From: Planctomycetota bacterium
GTDB lineage: Bacteria; Planctomycetota; B15-G4
NCBI GenBank assembly: GCA_020638905.1
Contig: JACKHP010000024.1
Location: 228 to 64,227, forward strand
DNA length: 64,000 nt
Direction of reading: 5' to 3'
Positions 1-9,071 of this stretch are shown here, in pieces; within the stretch, counting starts at the first letter, position 1; each line of letters begins with the position of its first letter. The notes beneath the pieces are model-generated. The model saw only the letters and a program-made list of their open reading frames with translations. It had not been told where the DNA came from and made no database searches. The position numbers were made by a program, and so were the translations under genes.

Positions 1-652
<652 letters not shown>

Positions 653-834
653 GGGACACATCTTCGCGCGGCCGAGCCGGAGGGATGCCTCGTCATCGCA
701 CGTCGCACGCGGGATGTCCACTTCGACGCGCCGGGCACACGGGCGCCGACGGATCGCCGCGGCGGGATGTTCCCGGATCCGGGTGACGCGACGAGCGCCT
801 CGGCGCACCCGCGGCGGTGCTACCATGACGCGCC

Positions 835-1668
835 ATGCCGCCGTCGCCGACCCCCATCCGCCCGAGCGATCTCGGCGCGTCGCCCGCGCCTCGCGCGCGC
901 CGCCCGCTGCGGGAGCTCTTGCTCGTGCTGCTCGCGTTCTGCGCGCTGCTCGTCCCGGCGTGCGGCGGCGAGCGCGCCCCCGACGACGCGGCCGCACGCC
1001 GCTCGTCCGCCGGCTACGGCGACGGGTTCGGCGGCGACGACGCGACACGCGACCCGCGCGCGGCGGCGACACCCGACGTCCCCGCCGACGCCCCGCTCGT
1101 CACCGTGCTCGGCGACAGCATCTCCGCCGGACTGCACCTGGCCGCGTCCGACGCGTGGCCGGCTCGGCTGCAGCGGCTGCTCGTCGACGAGGGCCTGCCC
1201 GTGCGGCTGCAGAACGCGGGCGTGAGCGGCGACACCTCCGCCGGCGGCCTCGCGCGCCTCGACTGGATCCTCGGCGCGCGGCCCGACGTGGTGGTCGTCG
1301 AGCTGGGCGGCAACGACGGCCTGCGCGGCCAGCCGCTCGCGTCGATCGAGACGAACCTGCGCGCGATCGTGCAGAAGATCTCCGCGGCGGGCGCGCGTCC
1401 CGTGCTCGTCGCGATGCGCATCCCGACCAACTACGGGCCCGAGTACACGCGCGACTTCGCGGCGATCTACCCGCGCCTGGCCGACGCGCTCGACGTGCCG
1501 CTGGTCGACGACTTCCTCGACGGCGTGGGCGGCGTGCCGGCGATGAACCTGCCCGACGGCATCCATCCCACGCCCGAGGGACACGAGCGGCTGGCGCAGA
1601 ACGCGCTCGACACGCTCGAGGACGTCGTGCGCCAGGTGCTCGTCGAGCGCGGGTCGTCCGGCGGATGA
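835..1668 (+). CDS. tesA: SGNH/GDSL hydrolase, TesA-like thioesterase/lysophospholipase, lipobox-like signal
   Basis: Block I VLGDSISAG, block III ELGGNDGLRG and block V DGIHPTPEGH are present. It is colinear by eye with E. coli TesA. N-terminal hydrophobic LLLVLLAFCALLVPAC. It lies divergent to the ABC ATPase, as in E. coli ybbA-tesA. Confidence 0.85.
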   Translation: MPPSPTPIRPSDLGASPAPRARRPLRELLLVLLAFCALLVPACGGERAPDDAAARRSSAGYGDGFGGDDATRDPRAAATPDVPADAPLVTVLGDSISAGLHLAASDAWPARLQRLLVDEGLPVRLQNAGVSGDTSAGGLARLDWILGARPDVVVVELGGNDGLRGQPLASIETNLRAIVQKISAAGARPVLVAMRIPTNYGPEYTRDFAAIYPRLADALDVPLVDDFLDGVGGVPAMNLPDGIHPTPEGHERLAQNALDTLEDVVRQVLVERGSSGG

Positions 1669-3035
1669 AGCGCAGGCTCGCGGCGCTCGTCCTGGCGTCA
1701 CTCGTCGTGCTCTGCGGCTGCGGGCGCGAGCGTCCGGCGCGGCTCGTGCTGCTCTCGATCGACACGCTGCGCGCCGATCACCTCGGCTGCTACGGCTACG
1801 CGCGCGACACGACGCCCCGGCTCGACGCGCTCGCGCAGCAGGCTGTGCTGTTCGAGTCGGTGCAGTCGACGGCCTCGTCCACCGCGCCCTCGCACATGAC
1901 GATCATGACCGGCGTGCTGCCGGCGGTGCACGGCATCCGCAACGAGGCCGACCACGGCCTCGCGCCGGGCATCGCCACCCTCGCCGAGCGTCTGCACGAG
2001 CGCGGCTTCGCGACCGCGGCCTTCGCCGGCGGCGGCTACGTGAACGAGGCGCTCGGATTCGCGCGCGGCTTCGACGTCTTCGACTCGCGGCTCGAGCCGT
2101 TCGAGACCAAGCTCGCACGCATCGCCGAATGGCTGGACGACGTCGACGACGAGCGTCCGGCGTTCCTGTTCGTGCACACGTACGCGGTGCACGCGCCCTA
2201 CCTGCCGGCGCCCGAGCACGACCTGTGGTCCGATCCCGACTACGCGGGACCGCTGCGCGAACGCGTCCCGCTGCTGCGCGCGCGCTTCCTCGAGGGGCTC
2301 GGCGACGACCTGGGCGCGCAGGCCGAGGTGTTCTGGGAGGGCAGCCACGACTTCGACGCCGCCGACGTGGCGCACCTCGTCGACCTCTACGACGGTGCGA
2401 TCCACCAGACCGACGCCGGCGTGGGAGTCCTGCTCGACGCGCTCGGGTCGCACGGCTGGCTCGACGCGGGACCGTTCGTGCTCACGTCCGACCACGGCGA
2501 GGCCTTCGGCGAGCACGGCACCTTCAACCACCGCCAGCTCCACCAGGAGGAGCTCTCGGTCCCGTTGATCGTGCGCCCGCCCGGCGGACGGCCGACGCCG
2601 CTGCGCGTGCGCGACCCGGTCAGCTCGCTCGACCTCGCGCCCACGCTGCTCGAGCTGCTGGGCCTGCCCGTCCCGCCCGAGATGCAGGGACGCAGCCTGC
2701 TGCCGTTCGAGGGCGGCCATCCCGCGCGCCCGCGCCTCTCGTCCGGCGGCGAGGAGCTGCGCATGGACGCGGTGCTGCTCGACGGACGCAAGCTCGTCAC
2801 GCGCCGGCGCATCCCGCGCCAGCTCTACGACCTGCGCGACGACCCGGGCGAGGCGAGCAACCTGATCGATCTGTCGTCCACGCTCGACTGGCCGGCGCGC
2901 CTCGACGCGCTCATCGAGGCCATGCACGCCGACGCCGACACGCTGCGCGGCGAGCTCGGCGAACCCGGCGCGGCCGGCGCGCTGAGCGACGAGCAGCGCA
3001 GGCAGCTCGAGGCGTTGGGGTACGTCCAGCGCTGA
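1665..3035 (+). CDS. Alkaline-phosphatase-superfamily hydrolase (sulfatase/NPP-like), lipoprotein-type signal
   Basis: In-frame ATG 1665 (MKRRLAALVLASLVVLCGCG) overlaps the tesA stop (ATGA). Metal-site block LVLLSIDTLRADHLGCYGY, nucleophile block STAPSHMTIMTGVLPAVHGI and TSDHGEAFGEHG are present. The upstream part of track ORF 342..3035 is Arg-rich junk. Confidence 0.85.
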   Translation: MKRRLAALVLASLVVLCGCGRERPARLVLLSIDTLRADHLGCYGYARDTTPRLDALAQQAVLFESVQSTASSTAPSHMTIMTGVLPAVHGIRNEADHGLAPGIATLAERLHERGFATAAFAGGGYVNEALGFARGFDVFDSRLEPFETKLARIAEWLDDVDDERPAFLFVHTYAVHAPYLPAPEHDLWSDPDYAGPLRERVPLLRARFLEGLGDDLGAQAEVFWEGSHDFDAADVAHLVDLYDGAIHQTDAGVGVLLDALGSHGWLDAGPFVLTSDHGEAFGEHGTFNHRQLHQEELSVPLIVRPPGGRPTPLRVRDPVSSLDLAPTLLELLGLPVPPEMQGRSLLPFEGGHPARPRLSSGGEELRMDAVLLDGRKLVTRRRIPRQLYDLRDDPGEASNLIDLSSTLDWPARLDALIEAMHADADTLRGELGEPGAAGALSDEQRRQLEALGYVQR

Positions 3036-3090
3036 GCGGTGCGTGCGCTGCGGCGGGCCGCGTGCGCGTTCGCGCCGCCGCCCTGCCACG

Positions 3091-3110
3091 GCGACGCGCA
3101 GGCGCGTCGC
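3091..3110. terminator. GC-rich palindrome between convergent genes (candidate bidirectional terminator)
   Basis: GCGACGCGC-AG-GCGCGTCGC forms a 9-bp perfect inverted repeat. It lies between the stop at 3035 (+) and the stop at 3128 (-). No U-tract. Confidence 0.35.
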
Positions 3111-3127
3111 GCACGGTTCCTGCCAAC

Positions 3128-5014
3128 TCACTCCAGGACGTGCACCACCCGCATGTTGCTGAGCGCCACGAGCTGCGCACGCGCGTCGAGCACGAGCGCC
3201 TGCAGGCGCAGTGTCGTCCCCGGCAGCCCGGGCTCGTCGGCGAGCACGAGCGGCAGCAGCAGGTCGCCCTCGGAGTCGAGCGGCAGCACGACGAGCTTGG
3301 CCGGCGGGACGGGCGAGGCCAGCAGGAAGCTCCCGCCCGGCAGCGCGAAGGGTGCCTCGACGAGGCTCACCACGAGCAGCGCGAGGGACGCGCCCGGCGG
3401 CCCGTCGAGGGTCAGGGTCGCGGCCGCTCCCACGCCTGCGGGTTCGGGCTGCGTGTCGAGCTCGGCGCGCCACGCGGCGTCGACGACGAGGTCGGCGAAC
3501 AGCCGACCGTGCGGCGGGACGGGCAGCGTCGCGCCCGACGTCCCGGGATCGGACTCGCAGTCGGGCACGAGCGCGAGCGTGACCGGCGAGACGGCGTACG
3601 ACGGCAGCGCGTCGAGCCCGAAGACGCCGGCGCGATGGCCCAGCGCATCGGACGAGCGCGCGTCGAGGCGCGGCGCGGCGCCGAGTCCCGCGGCCTGCGC
3701 GTCGAGGCGCACGGCGTCGGCGTTCACGACGCCGTCCAGCGCGAGCAGCGCGCCGTCGGACGACAGCTCGGCGTCGAGCCACGTGAACGCGCCGGACTGC
3801 GCCTGGGTCACGCGCAACAGTCCCACGCCCGTGTCGCGGTCGAGCTGCGCGTGGACCTCGCGCGGACGCCGCGCGACACGCTGGTCGGCGAAGAAGTCGA
3901 GCAGCGCCGCCTCGTCGAGCACCGCCCAGCTGTGCGGCGCGAACGCACCCGTCTCGGGATCGAGCGTGCCCGACTTCTTCTGCACCACGAGTGCCGGACA
4001 CGTGTCGGCGAGGAAGCGCGCGCGCACCGGGTTCTGCGCCTTGCTGAGCGGCACCGTGTCGAGCGTGTCCCAGGTCAGGAAGACGGGGACGTGTTCGAGG
4101 TTGGTGCTCATCGAGAGCGTGCGGTCGAGCTCGCCCGGCAGCGGCGGATAGCTGCCCTCGCCGAAGTGCATCCCGCTCGCCTGCCGGTAGCGGAAGGGCT
4201 GCTGCGCCGGCGTCCCGCCGAAGTTGAACTCGCCCTCGAGGATCGCCTTGGTGGCCGCGCTGCCGGTCTTGTGCGTGGCCGTCCAGTCGGAGACGCCCGA
4301 GACCATGCCGAGCGCCGCGATCATCACGCCCTCGGGGTCGCGATGCCGCGCCGCGAAGCTGGCCGCCACGCCCGCGCCCATCGAGAAGCCCACCATGCAC
4401 ACGCGCTCGGCGTCCACGTGGAAGCTGTCGAGCATGTACTGGATGGCCGCCTCGACGTGCTGCTGGCAGATCGGCGAGCCGAAGAGCTGGTCGTCGAGCC
4501 CGGTCACCGAGAGGTACACCCAGCCGCGCGCGTTGCACTCCTCGTCGAGCGTCGACTGCGCGGCCACGCTGGCCGCCGACCCGCCGAAGCCGTGGTACGC
4601 CACGAGCAGCGGCCGCGGCGGACCGGACTCGTCGTAGAGCGCGCCGAGCTGGTACTGGATCTTCTCGGGCTTGTCGGTGCCCGTCCCGCCCGGCCCGGCG
4701 GGGATCACGTGGTCGACGAGCACGCCCGGCGCGAGCCCGGCGGGTGATGCGCCCTGCCCCACCGGCCGCCGGTCCTCGAAGGTGAAGTCGTCGCGCGGGC
4801 TGTCGGCCGTCACCGGCGGCAGCGGCGGGAGTCCCAGGTCGCCGGTGAGCGCGAGGCGCGCCAGCCGCTCGGCGTGGTCGAGCGCGTCGAGGCGCTCGAC
4901 CGCGTCGAAGCGCGACCCTGCATCGAGGCGCGGCAGCGCATCCTGGGCCGCGAGTGCCGCGGCGAGCGCGAGCACGGCGAGCAGCGGGCCGGACGACGGG
5001 AGCGGGATGCGCAT
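3128..5014 (-). CDS. Secreted alpha/beta hydrolase (esterase/depolymerase-like) with ~300-aa C-terminal extension
   Basis: Start taken at ATG 5014 (MRIPLPSSGPLLAVLALAAALAAQD signal; GAAGG 8 nt upstream). AYHGFGGS block and GFSMGAG nucleophile elbow are present. The C-terminal module resembles that of 49034..50389. Confidence 0.8.
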   Translation of the reverse strand: MRIPLPSSGPLLAVLALAAALAAQDALPRLDAGSRFDAVERLDALDHAERLARLALTGDLGLPPLPPVTADSPRDDFTFEDRRPVGQGASPAGLAPGVLVDHVIPAGPGGTGTDKPEKIQYQLGALYDESGPPRPLLVAYHGFGGSAASVAAQSTLDEECNARGWVYLSVTGLDDQLFGSPICQQHVEAAIQYMLDSFHVDAERVCMVGFSMGAGVAASFAARHRDPEGVMIAALGMVSGVSDWTATHKTGSAATKAILEGEFNFGGTPAQQPFRYRQASGMHFGEGSYPPLPGELDRTLSMSTNLEHVPVFLTWDTLDTVPLSKAQNPVRARFLADTCPALVVQKKSGTLDPETGAFAPHSWAVLDEAALLDFFADQRVARRPREVHAQLDRDTGVGLLRVTQAQSGAFTWLDAELSSDGALLALDGVVNADAVRLDAQAAGLGAAPRLDARSSDALGHRAGVFGLDALPSYAVSPVTLALVPDCESDPGTSGATLPVPPHGRLFADLVVDAAWRAELDTQPEPAGVGAAATLTLDGPPGASLALLVVSLVEAPFALPGGSFLLASPVPPAKLVVLPLDSEGDLLLPLVLADEPGLPGTTLRLQALVLDARAQLVALSNMRVVHVLE

Positions 5015-5087
5015 CGGGGTGACCTTCGGCTTCCCGGGAGGGCGGGCGCCGGACCTGCCGCGGCAGCGCGACGGGCCAGCCCAGAGT

Positions 5088-6311
5088 CTATCGGCCATCC
5101 GGCGGACCGGCCACAGACCCAGGGTCGGGGGACGAGTCCGAACCCGGATCCGGCGCGTCCGCAGCCGAACCCGAACCCGAACCCGAACCCGGATCCGAAC
5201 CCGATCCCGCCTCCCCGAACGAACCGTGGTCGAGGAAGCGCAGCACCGCCTCGATCACCCTGGGATCGTTCATGAGCACGGTGTGCAGGCCGTCCACCAC
5301 GAGCGTGTCGGCGGCGCCGGCGAGGCGGGTCTCCTCGACGGTCACGAGGCCGTCATCCTCGCCGGGGAGCAGCGGGTTCCAGCCGCGGCCGGCGCCGCGG
5401 GTGGCGGCCACGATGCCGAACTCGCACGGCGGCGCGGGCAGCTCGTCGAGCGAGTCGTGGGCGAGCTGCAGCGCGGACGGTCCCATGAGCAGGCCGAGCG
5501 GGAGCCACTCGTCGAGGCGGCGCGCGATCTCGGCGCCGTGGTTGGGCGGCGCGAGCATCACGACGCGGCCGAGGGCGACCCGATCGGTCCACGAGCGGTC
5601 GCGCGCGAGCGCGTCGCGCACGACGATGCCGCCCAGGCTGTGCGTCACGAACGAGACCTCGGCGACGCCCTCGAGCGAGGCGAGCACGTCGTGCAGCTGC
5701 GCGCCGTGTCCGGCGATGGTCGCGCGCAGGCTGGGATACGCGAGCGACTGCACCGCGTCGCCTCGGGCGACGAGCGCGTCGCCGAGCGCGGCGAGGGCGT
5801 GGTGCGTGCGTCCGAGGCCGTGCACGAGCAGCACGAGCCGCTGGCCGTCCCATGCGGGATGGCGTTCGAGACGCAGCGCCTCGAACGCGGTGCGGCACTG
5901 CTCGGGCGTGCCCCACGCGCGACGCACGCCGTCCGGGTCGAGCAGCCGCGCGTGCCCCGTGAGCGCGTTCTCCTGGATGCGCCAACCGGCGTGCACGAAA
6001 TGGTCGCCCCAGAACTGCAGGCCGCCGAAGGTCGGCAGCGCGAGGTTGCCGTGGCCCGTCCCGAAGCGCGCGCGCAGGTCGTCCACGAGCGCCTGCTCGC
6101 AGGCGTCGACGTCGCCGGTCACGAGCACCTCGCCGGACTCGCGCACGAGCCGATGCAGGTCGCCGGTCGCGTCGCGCTCGACGCGCAGTCCGAGCACCGC
6201 GGGGCGCAGGGGACGAAATCCGTCGTCGGACAAGGCAGCGCCTCCCGCGCCGGACGACGAGCCGTCGCCGACGAGCAGCACGAGCGAGATGAGGATGGTC
6301 GCGAACGCCAC
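5088..6311 (-). CDS. Alpha/beta hydrolase, lipase-like, with Gly/Ser/Asp/Pro-rich C-terminal tail
   Basis: LLVHGLGRTHH and THSLGG motifs and hydrophobic N-terminal VAFATILISLVLLVG are present. The tail is GSGSDPGSGSGSGSAADAPDPGS. Start is uncertain: GTG 6311 is preferred over track start 6458, which would overlap the divergent gene's ATG. Confidence 0.7.
   Translation of the reverse strand: MAFATILISLVLLVGDGSSSGAGGAALSDDGFRPLRPAVLGLRVERDATGDLHRLVRESGEVLVTGDVDACEQALVDDLRARFGTGHGNLALPTFGGLQFWGDHFVHAGWRIQENALTGHARLLDPDGVRRAWGTPEQCRTAFEALRLERHPAWDGQRLVLLVHGLGRTHHALAALGDALVARGDAVQSLAYPSLRATIAGHGAQLHDVLASLEGVAEVSFVTHSLGGIVVRDALARDRSWTDRVALGRVVMLAPPNHGAEIARRLDEWLPLGLLMGPSALQLAHDSLDELPAPPCEFGIVAATRGAGRGWNPLLPGEDDGLVTVEETRLAGAADTLVVDGLHTVLMNDPRVIEAVLRFLDHGSFGEAGSGSDPGSGSGSGSAADAPDPGSDSSPDPGSVAGPPDGR
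5165..5206. repeat. Hexanucleotide repeat (CCGAAC)n, seven units with variants, inside a CDS
   Basis: CCGAAC x4, then CCGGAT, CCGAAC, CCGATC. It encodes the Gly-Ser/Asp-Pro tail of 5088..6311 on the minus strand. Confidence 0.9.
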
Positions 6312-6456
6312 GGGAACCTCGCGGCCGGACGGAGCGCGCCGGCGACGAACCGGGCGCTGGCGCCGAGTGTACGCCGCCGGACGCGCGGCCCAGCACCACG
6401 CTGCGCTACCATGCGCGTCTCCGGCCCCGCGCTCCCCGTCCCGTCCCCGGCCGCCC

Positions 6457-8181
6457 ATGCCCCGCTCCGTCGTGTCGTCGCTGCTCGCGCTCGCGCTCCT
6501 CGTCGGCGCGGTCGCGGCGCAGACCTCTCCCCCGCCGCACGCTCCCGAGGTCGACTGGGGCAGCTTCGCGCGCGAGTTGCAGATCGACGCCGGGCTGCCC
6601 GGACTGGCGCTGGGCGTGGTGCGCGACGGAGAGATCGTCTACGCCGACGCGTTCGGCGTGCGCGAGCACGACAGCGGCGCGCCGGCCGACGGCGACACGA
6701 TCGAGCTGGCGGCCTCGCTCTCGATGCCGGTCTTCGCCTACGCGGTCATGCGCGTGGCCGACCGCGGCGGGTTCGACCTCGACGCGCCGCTCGACGACGT
6801 CCTGCGCTCGTCGCGCGTCGCGGACGTGCCCGGAGCCGAGCGCATCACGGCGCGCATGGTGCTGTCGCACGCGTCGGGCCTGCCCAACGGCGGCGGCGCG
6901 GGACTCTCGCTCGCGTTCGAGCCGGGCACGGGATTCCAGTTCTCGAGCGAGGGCTACGTCTGGCTGCAGCGCGTCATGGAGGCCGTGACCGGCGTCGACC
7001 TGCAGACGTTCGTCCAGCGCGAGGTGTTCGAGCCGCTGGGCATGACGCGCTCGGCGTTCGTCTGGCGCTCGTTCATGCAGGGCAAGCTCGTCTCGGGCCG
7101 CAGCTGGTTCCGCGTCACGCGTCCCGTGGGACGTCTCGCCGAGGGCGTCGCGGCCGGCAGCCTCATGACCACCGCGCACGACTACGCGCGCTTCCTGGTC
7201 GAGGTGCTCGACGGAGAGCTGCTCTCGCCCGATGCGCACGCGGACTTCCTGCGCGAGCAGGTCGCGCTCGACGCGCACGACGCCCGGGGACGTCCCCTGC
7301 GCCTGGGCTTCGCGCTGGGCTTCGGCGTGCAGCACGTCGCGGCCGGCGAGCAGTTCTTCCTGTGGGGCGACACGGGCGACTTCAAGTCGTGGACGGCGTT
7401 CGACTCCGTCACGCGCGACGCGCTCGTGCTCTTCGTGAACGACGCCGACGGCCTCTCGATCGCGCCGGCGCTCACCGCGCGCCTGCTGGGCGACGAGCAG
7501 CCGGCCCTCGACTGGCTCGGCTACGAGCGCTACGACGACGCCGACCGGCGCGTGCGGCTGTCGCTCGAGAAGAGCTTCCGCGAACGCGGCGTCGACGCCG
7601 GACGCAAGCGCTTCGCCGAGATCGGCGCGCGGCTCTCGCCCGAGCACGAGGTCGACCAGTTGCGCGAGCTCGGCTACGGCCTGCTGCTCTCGGGACGCGG
7701 CGACGAGGCCCTGGCGGTCTTCGAGCTCCTGGCCGAGCGCCATCCCGACGAGCCGCGGGCCCACGGCGCCCTCGCCGACGCGCACGTCAAGCGCCACGAG
7801 TGGGAGGCCGCGCGCGCCGACCTCGCGCGCCTGCTCGAGCTGTCCCCCGACGACGGGATGCGCCGCTTCCAGGCGCGCTGGCTCGACGAGGAGATCGCCG
7901 CCGAGGCGGCCCCGGTGACGCTCGGCGCCACGGCGCTCGTGCGCTGCGAGGGCGACTACGGCACGCGCCACGTGCGCCTGCGCGACGGACGCCTCGTGAC
8001 CTGGCGCGACGGCGCCCAGGACGTCGACCCGCTCGTCCCCGTGACACGCGACACGTTCCGCGTCGAGACGCTCGACGGCTTCCGGCTGCGCTTCGTCTTC
8101 GACGACGACGAGGCGCCGGCACGCGCGCTCGTCGCGCTGCACTTCGACGGCACGTCCGAGGAACTGGCGCGCACCCGATGA
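6457..8181 (+). CDS. Beta-lactamase-fold (serine hydrolase family) protein with C-terminal TPR-like region; catalytic motifs substituted
   Basis: ATG 6457 with signal MPRSVVSSLLALALLVGAVAAQ. LGVVRDGEIVYADAFG and MVLSHASGLP blocks are present. The S-x-x-K position reads SLSM and the Y-S-N position reads FSS. TPR-like region: GYGLLLSGRGDEALAVFELLAERHPDEPRAHGALADAH. Confidence 0.75.
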   Translation: MPRSVVSSLLALALLVGAVAAQTSPPPHAPEVDWGSFARELQIDAGLPGLALGVVRDGEIVYADAFGVREHDSGAPADGDTIELAASLSMPVFAYAVMRVADRGGFDLDAPLDDVLRSSRVADVPGAERITARMVLSHASGLPNGGGAGLSLAFEPGTGFQFSSEGYVWLQRVMEAVTGVDLQTFVQREVFEPLGMTRSAFVWRSFMQGKLVSGRSWFRVTRPVGRLAEGVAAGSLMTTAHDYARFLVEVLDGELLSPDAHADFLREQVALDAHDARGRPLRLGFALGFGVQHVAAGEQFFLWGDTGDFKSWTAFDSVTRDALVLFVNDADGLSIAPALTARLLGDEQPALDWLGYERYDDADRRVRLSLEKSFRERGVDAGRKRFAEIGARLSPEHEVDQLRELGYGLLLSGRGDEALAVFELLAERHPDEPRAHGALADAHVKRHEWEAARADLARLLELSPDDGMRRFQARWLDEEIAAEAAPVTLGATALVRCEGDYGTRHVRLRDGRLVTWRDGAQDVDPLVPVTRDTFRVETLDGFRLRFVFDDDEAPARALVALHFDGTSEELARTR

Positions 8182-9071
8182 GCGCGCAACGTCCGAGCCT
8201 CGTGCGCATCCCGCGCCCGACGAGCGCCCGACGCCTCGCTCGGATCGTCGCGACCTGCGCGCTGCTCGCGGCGGCGATCGGGTGCGGCGACGGATCCCCC
8301 GCCGCCGGACCGGCCGGCTGGACGCGCCTCGCGCTGCGTCCCGTCGCCGCGCCCGCGCCGGACGACGCGACGCGCGAGGGCGGCGCGCGCGAGGCGGCGT
8401 CCGCCGGGTCGCGGCGCGCGTGCCGATCCTGTGCACGTCCGACGCGCTGGCGCGCACCTGCTGGGCGGCACCTGGAGCGACGACGGACGCATCCTGCCAG
8501 GCCTGCGGGGCGCGAGCTGCGCTCGACGGACCGTTCGCGCTGGCCGACCTGCACGCGCTGCGCGTCGGCGCGACCTCGCCGGCCGCGGACAGCTCGGTGT
8601 CGAGCTGCTGCGCAACGGCCTGCCGCTCTTGACCTTGGGCCCGTTCCTGCTCGCCACCGGCGGCACGCCGCACAGCTTCGACGTGACCTTCCCCGCGCGG
8701 CTCTTCGCGCTCGGGGAGGCCGACGCGCTGCGCCTCCTGCTGAGCGCCGACACGTCGGTCACGCTCGCGTCGCTCGAGCGCGTCACGTACGCGGCGGACG
8801 AGCTGCTGCCCGACGTCGGCGCGCCGGCGCTCGTGCGCCTCGGCAGTGACGCGCGGCGCGCCGTGGGCCTGCTCGCGTCCCGTCCGCTCACGGTCACGCT
8901 GCCCGACGGCACGGGCACGCTGCGCTTCGCCACGGGACGTCCCGAGCCGCTGCGCACGCCGGGCCCTCGCGTCGTGCTGCGCGTGCTCGCCGGCGAGCGC
9001 GAGCCATGGGCGCGTTCGCGTTCGCCGACCTGGCGTGACGGCGACGCTGGCTGACGTCCCACGTCGTCGAC
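8178..9071 (+). pseudogene. Frame-disrupted N-terminal region (lipoprotein signal + beta-rich domain), probably once continuous with ORF 9072..10511
   Basis: ATG 8178 overlaps the upstream stop (ATGA) and encodes RIVATCALLAAAIGCGDG. After that, the phase in which A/T bases are avoided switches near 8420, 8455, 8520, 8570 and 9003. Frame 0 carries TGA at 9036..9038. Protein-like text appears in three frames, e.g. GVELLRNGLPLLTLGPFLLATGGTPHSFDVTFPARLFALGEADALRLLL. Confidence 0.4.

Noticed and set aside
6456-6458. Track start of minus ORF 5088..6458
   Set aside because: It would overlap the ATG (6457) of the divergent beta-lactamase-fold gene and add ~50 Arg-rich residues. GTG 6311, just before the hydrophobic segment, is more plausible, though unproven.
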